Origin: Paracoccaceae bacterium
GTDB taxonomy: Bacteria > Pseudomonadota > Alphaproteobacteria > Rhodobacterales > Rhodobacteraceae
Length of the DNA: 64,000 nt
Direction: 5' to 3'
Assembly (NCBI GenBank): GCA_013373325.1
Contig: JABXIA010000057.1
Coordinates: 5,896 to 69,895 of the forward strand
Shown: positions 60,650 to 64,000 of the stretch, piece after piece
Layout: each line of letters begins with the position of its first letter
Position numbering within the stretch: position 1 is the stretch's first letter
Position numbers and translations under genes: made by a program
The notes under the pieces: model-generated
What the model was told of the DNA's origin: nothing
Database searches by the model: none
What the model saw: only the letters and a program-made list of their open reading frames with translations

Positions 60650-61795
60650 ATGTTTTCAAATGCCATCAAAATCGCCACCCTGCAGGGGTTTGACATCAGG
60701 ATTGATCCGAGCTGGGCGCTGATTGCCGCGCTGATCACCTGGAGCCTGTCGTCGCTGTACTTCCCGATGGTCTATCCCGGTGCCGGCGGCAGCGTCTATC
60801 TGATCCTGGCGCTGCTGGCGATGCTGGGTTTTTTCGGCTCGCTGATCCTGCACGAGATGTCCCATTCGGTGGTGGCCCGCCGCTTTGGGGTGGAAATCAA
60901 GGGGATCACCCTGTTTATCTTCGGCGGGGTGGCCGAGCTGGGGTCGGAGCCGAAGACCGCCGCCAGCGAGTTCTGGATTGCCATAGCCGGCCCGCTGATG
61001 AGCTTTGCGCTGGCCTTTGGCTTCTGGCTGCTCGCGCAGACCGGAGGATGGCTGGTGCCGGGGATGGCGCTGAACCCTGTGCTGGACTACCTGGCGCTGA
61101 TCAACCTGGTGCTGGCGGTGTTCAACCTGCTGCCGGCCTTTCCCTTGGATGGCGGGCGGATCTTCCGCGCCTTTCTGTGGAACCGCAGCCGCGACCTGCT
61201 GCAGGCCACGGCCACGGCCACGAGGATCAGCAGCTATTTTGCCTATGCGCTGATCCTCGTTGGCGTCATCGGGCTGTTTTCCGGCAATCCGGTTGCGTCG
61301 CTGTGGCAGGTGCTGATCGGGGTGTTTGTGCTGGCGGCGGCCAAGGGCACCTATGCCCGCCAGATGCAGGAGGCGGCATTCAAGGGCAAGACAGCGGCCG
61401 CGCTGATGACACGTGAAGTGATTTCGGTGCTGCCGGAGGTGAGCCTGCAACACCTTGCGGATCAGGTGATGCTGGCGGAGCGCAAGAGCTTTGTGCCGGT
61501 TGTGCTGGGCGATGTGCTGCTGGGCTATGCCGATACCGGCCTGCTGGCGCAGACACCGCGCGCGGACTGGACGGCAACCCATGTCGGCGACGTCTATGTT
61601 GCGGCAGATGCGGATAATACGGTCGGCCCGGAGATGCCCGCCGCGGAGCTGATGGCGAAAATCTCTGCCACCGGGCGGCGCAAGTTTCTGGTGGCGGAGG
61701 GGCGCCAGTTGCTGGGGGTTGTTACCCTGTCTGATCTGATGGGCTATCTGGCGGTGCTGCAGGAGATCCGGCTGCCGGACCGCAAGGCGGAGTAA
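60650..61795 (+). CDS. Site-2 protease (M50) with C-terminal CBS domains
   Basis: HEMSH, AGP, FNLLPAFPLDGG motifs; tandem CBS domains; start 60632 or 60650. Confidence 0.9.
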   Translation: MFSNAIKIATLQGFDIRIDPSWALIAALITWSLSSLYFPMVYPGAGGSVYLILALLAMLGFFGSLILHEMSHSVVARRFGVEIKGITLFIFGGVAELGSEPKTAASEFWIAIAGPLMSFALAFGFWLLAQTGGWLVPGMALNPVLDYLALINLVLAVFNLLPAFPLDGGRIFRAFLWNRSRDLLQATATATRISSYFAYALILVGVIGLFSGNPVASLWQVLIGVFVLAAAKGTYARQMQEAAFKGKTAAALMTREVISVLPEVSLQHLADQVMLAERKSFVPVVLGDVLLGYADTGLLAQTPRADWTATHVGDVYVAADADNTVGPEMPAAELMAKISATGRRKFLVAEGRQLLGVVTLSDLMGYLAVLQEIRLPDRKAE

Positions 61796-61805
61796 GGCGG
61801 CGGCG

Positions 61806-62624
61806 TCAGCGGCTTTGCTCCGGTGATTGTTCAGTCTGCCGCTGCGCGGCGCCGCCGAGAAAAGCAAACCAATAGGCCAGGGCGACCCCGCCCGCGCCGC
61901 CGGCGATGTTGCCGAGGGTGACCCAGAACAGGTTGGCGGCTGCTGCCGAAAGGGGAATGTCCGCTCCCGCTGCCCAGGCCTGGGGGAAGAAATACATGTT
62001 GGCGATCGAGTGCTCGAGCCCCAGCAACACGAAGGCGGTGATCGGCCAGAGGATGGCCAGAACCTTGCCGGCGGCAGTTCGGGCCGCGAAAGACAGCCAG
62101 ACGGCGAGGCAGACCAGGGCGTTGCACAGCGCGCCGCGCATGAAGGCCTCAAGCGGAGAGAGGGCGGCCTTGGCCTCTGCGATCCCGGCGGAGGTTGGGC
62201 CCATCGGACCGTCCAGCAACCCGGTAAGGGCAAAGGCAGCGGCCAGCCCGGCGGCGCCCGCAAGATTGCCGGCATAGACAATGCCCCAGCTGCGCAGCAG
62301 CAGGCGCAGCGGAATCTTGCGGTCCACCGCGGCGATCACCATCAGCACATTGCCGGTGAACAGCTCTGCCCCGGCGATCACCACCAGGATCAGGCCGAGC
62401 GAGAACACCGCGCCGCCCAGAACCCGGACCGGTCCTGTGACGGGGGATGCGCCGGTCAGGGTCATGGTATAGGCCGCCGCGCCGAAGCCGATGAAGGCCC
62501 CCGCCAGCATCGCCAGCACAAACATCTGCGGCAGCGGCAGCCGGGCCTTGGCGGTTCCGGCGGTCTCGACCAGCGCTGCGATTTCGGCGGGTTTGTAGGC
62601 GTCAAAGGGGGCCTGGCTGGTCAT
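61806..62624 (-). CDS. Formate/nitrite transporter (FNT) family channel
   Basis: GAELFTGN, CNALVCLAVW, EHSIANM, VTLGNIAGG motifs. Confidence 0.92.
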   Translation of the reverse strand: MTSQAPFDAYKPAEIAALVETAGTAKARLPLPQMFVLAMLAGAFIGFGAAAYTMTLTGASPVTGPVRVLGGAVFSLGLILVVIAGAELFTGNVLMVIAAVDRKIPLRLLLRSWGIVYAGNLAGAAGLAAAFALTGLLDGPMGPTSAGIAEAKAALSPLEAFMRGALCNALVCLAVWLSFAARTAAGKVLAILWPITAFVLLGLEHSIANMYFFPQAWAAGADIPLSAAAANLFWVTLGNIAGGAGGVALAYWFAFLGGAAQRQTEQSPEQSR

Positions 62625-62666
62625 CGGTCGGCTCCTGAGATCATGGGCGCAAGGGTGCGGCGGGCG

Positions 62667-63512
62667 TCAGTGGGCGAACAGCACCGGCAGCTCTGTCTGG
62701 TCTATCATCGTGCGGGTGGTGCCGCCAAACACGGCTTCGCGCAGGCGGGAATGGCCGTAGGCCCCCATCACCACCAGCCCGGCCCGGGCTTCGCGGGCGC
62801 GCTGCAAAATGCCGTGGCCGACATCCTGGCCCTCGCTGGGGAACTGCGACACGGTCACGTTGCAGCCATGATGGCAGAGCCAGGCGGCAGCATCGGTGCC
62901 CGGATCCTCGCCGTTGCGCTGATCGGAGGTAATGGAGTCAAAGCAGCCGATCACGACTTCCTTGGCGCGGCGCAGCCAGGGCAGGGCGGCATGGGCGGCG
63001 CGGGAGGCGGCAAGGCTGCTGTCCCAGGCGAGGAAGACGCGGTTGCAGCTGGCAAAGGGCGAGCCGTTCACGATGACCGGAACCGGCGCCTGGAAGAGCA
63101 GCCCGTGCAGGGCCTCGCGGAAGACATCCTCGCGGGTTCTGAGGCCATCGGCAAACTGCGCGGTATCGCAGGTTTTGGCCCGCTGGGCGCAGAGCTGCCG
63201 GATGTCGGCGCCGGCGCAGACCGCATAATGCACATCGCCGGAGCAGGTGTTGTGGGTGAGGAGATCGTTCACTTCTGCGGCGCGGGTTTTTGCGGCCTGC
63301 TGGGCGTCCCGCAGATGATCAACCCAGTCCGCAGGCATTGCAGCCGCGCCGAACCCCGTCGCGCTGTAGGCGAAGTAGGGCCTGGCGGGCAGGCTGTCCA
63401 AGAGCAGGCAGGCGAGATAGGCGTCCTGGGCTTGCGCCGCTTCGGCGGCGGCGGTGACGGTTTCGTCGCTGGTGTCAGGGGTGAGCACGAAGAGAGAGGT
63501 TTGGCGTTGCAT
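62667..63512 (-). CDS. Universal stress protein (tandem domain)
   Basis: AWDSSLAASRA and LVVMGAYGHSRLREAVFGGTTR motifs. Confidence 0.9.
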   Translation of the reverse strand: MQRQTSLFVLTPDTSDETVTAAAEAAQAQDAYLACLLLDSLPARPYFAYSATGFGAAAMPADWVDHLRDAQQAAKTRAAEVNDLLTHNTCSGDVHYAVCAGADIRQLCAQRAKTCDTAQFADGLRTREDVFREALHGLLFQAPVPVIVNGSPFASCNRVFLAWDSSLAASRAAHAALPWLRRAKEVVIGCFDSITSDQRNGEDPGTDAAAWLCHHGCNVTVSQFPSEGQDVGHGILQRAREARAGLVVMGAYGHSRLREAVFGGTTRTMIDQTELPVLFAH

Positions 63513-63592
63513 GGCGGGCCTCCGGGAACGGGTTCGCGGCTGGCGGGGTGCGTGCCGCGTTCTTCAGTAGATCATCTGCGCCGGCGGGCGCC

Positions 63593-63606
63593 ATGATCCT
63601 GATCAA
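63593..63606. promoter_or_regulatory. FNR/FixK-type box between divergent usp genes
   Basis: ATGAT-CCTG-ATCAA (one mismatch to TTGAT-N4-ATCAA); weaker site ending GTCAA at 63626-63639. Confidence 0.5.
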
Positions 63607-63692
63607 TCCGATGCCGCGGCGGCGGCGGACCTGTGTCAAGGCAGGCAGGCGGGAACCGGCGTAGACTCGGGCCGCATCAGAGGAGGACTGAA

Positions 63693-64000
63693 ATGTACAA
63701 GCATATTCTGGTTCCGATTGCCCCGGATCACGGTGCCAATACGGCCCGGTCGCTGGAGGCTGCCCGCCTGCTGGCTGACAGCGATGCCAGGATCACCGCG
63801 CTGACCGTGGCAGATGAGATCCCCGGCTATGTGGTTCAGCAGCTGCCCAAGGGTCTGCTGGAAAACACCCTCGCCGAGATGCTGGCAGAGCTGAAGGCGG
63901 ATCTGGGCGGGGTGACGGACGTCGAGACGGACTTGGTCACCGGACATGCCGGGCGCACGATCACCGACTACGCGGACACGCATGGCGCCGACTGCATTGT
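63693..64000 (+). CDS. Universal stress protein (UspF/G-like), truncated by the window end
   Basis: GAGG RBS, then MYKHILVPIAPDH...GHAGRTITDYADTHGADCI. Confidence 0.85.
   Translation, partial: MYKHILVPIAPDHGANTARSLEAARLLADSDARITALTVADEIPGYVVQQLPKGLLENTLAEMLAELKADLGGVTDVETDLVTGHAGRTITDYADTHGADCI

Overview
This is a high-GC alphaproteobacterial window, probably Rhodobacteraceae/Roseobacter group, from a repABC replicon (plasmid or chromid). repA-repB-repC, a perfect parS palindrome and a ctRNA-type hairpin lie at 51.9-55.5 kb. From left to right the window holds: (1) an unusual signalling cluster at 1-9.2 kb, with a membrane Hanks-type Ser/Thr kinase, two LysM-SBP fusion paralogs, an FHA protein, a PP2C phosphatase and a degenerate dynamin-like GTPase, converging on roadblock-like ORFs and preceded by a perfect CtrA box; (2) an IclR + TRAP + pim-like beta-oxidation cluster; (3) a MocR regulator with an orphan Tat-exported SBP; (4) an assimilatory nitrate/nitrite operon with an intact ANTAR dual-hairpin leader and nasT, but with nasS reduced to a deleted remnant; (5) exoD, then rsgA preceded by a 3-codon uORF and attenuator-like leader, then a VOC protein; (6) a bkd operon, dld, a TRAP transporter and a FadR-family regulator; (7) repABC and a Fic gene with a non-canonical motif; (8) a putative FNR/FixK-regulated block (P-type ATPase, VIT1, M50-CBS protease, FNT channel, USPs). 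No CRISPR array, rRNA, tRNA or transposase was recognised. All calls come from reading motifs by eye; no database searches were run.
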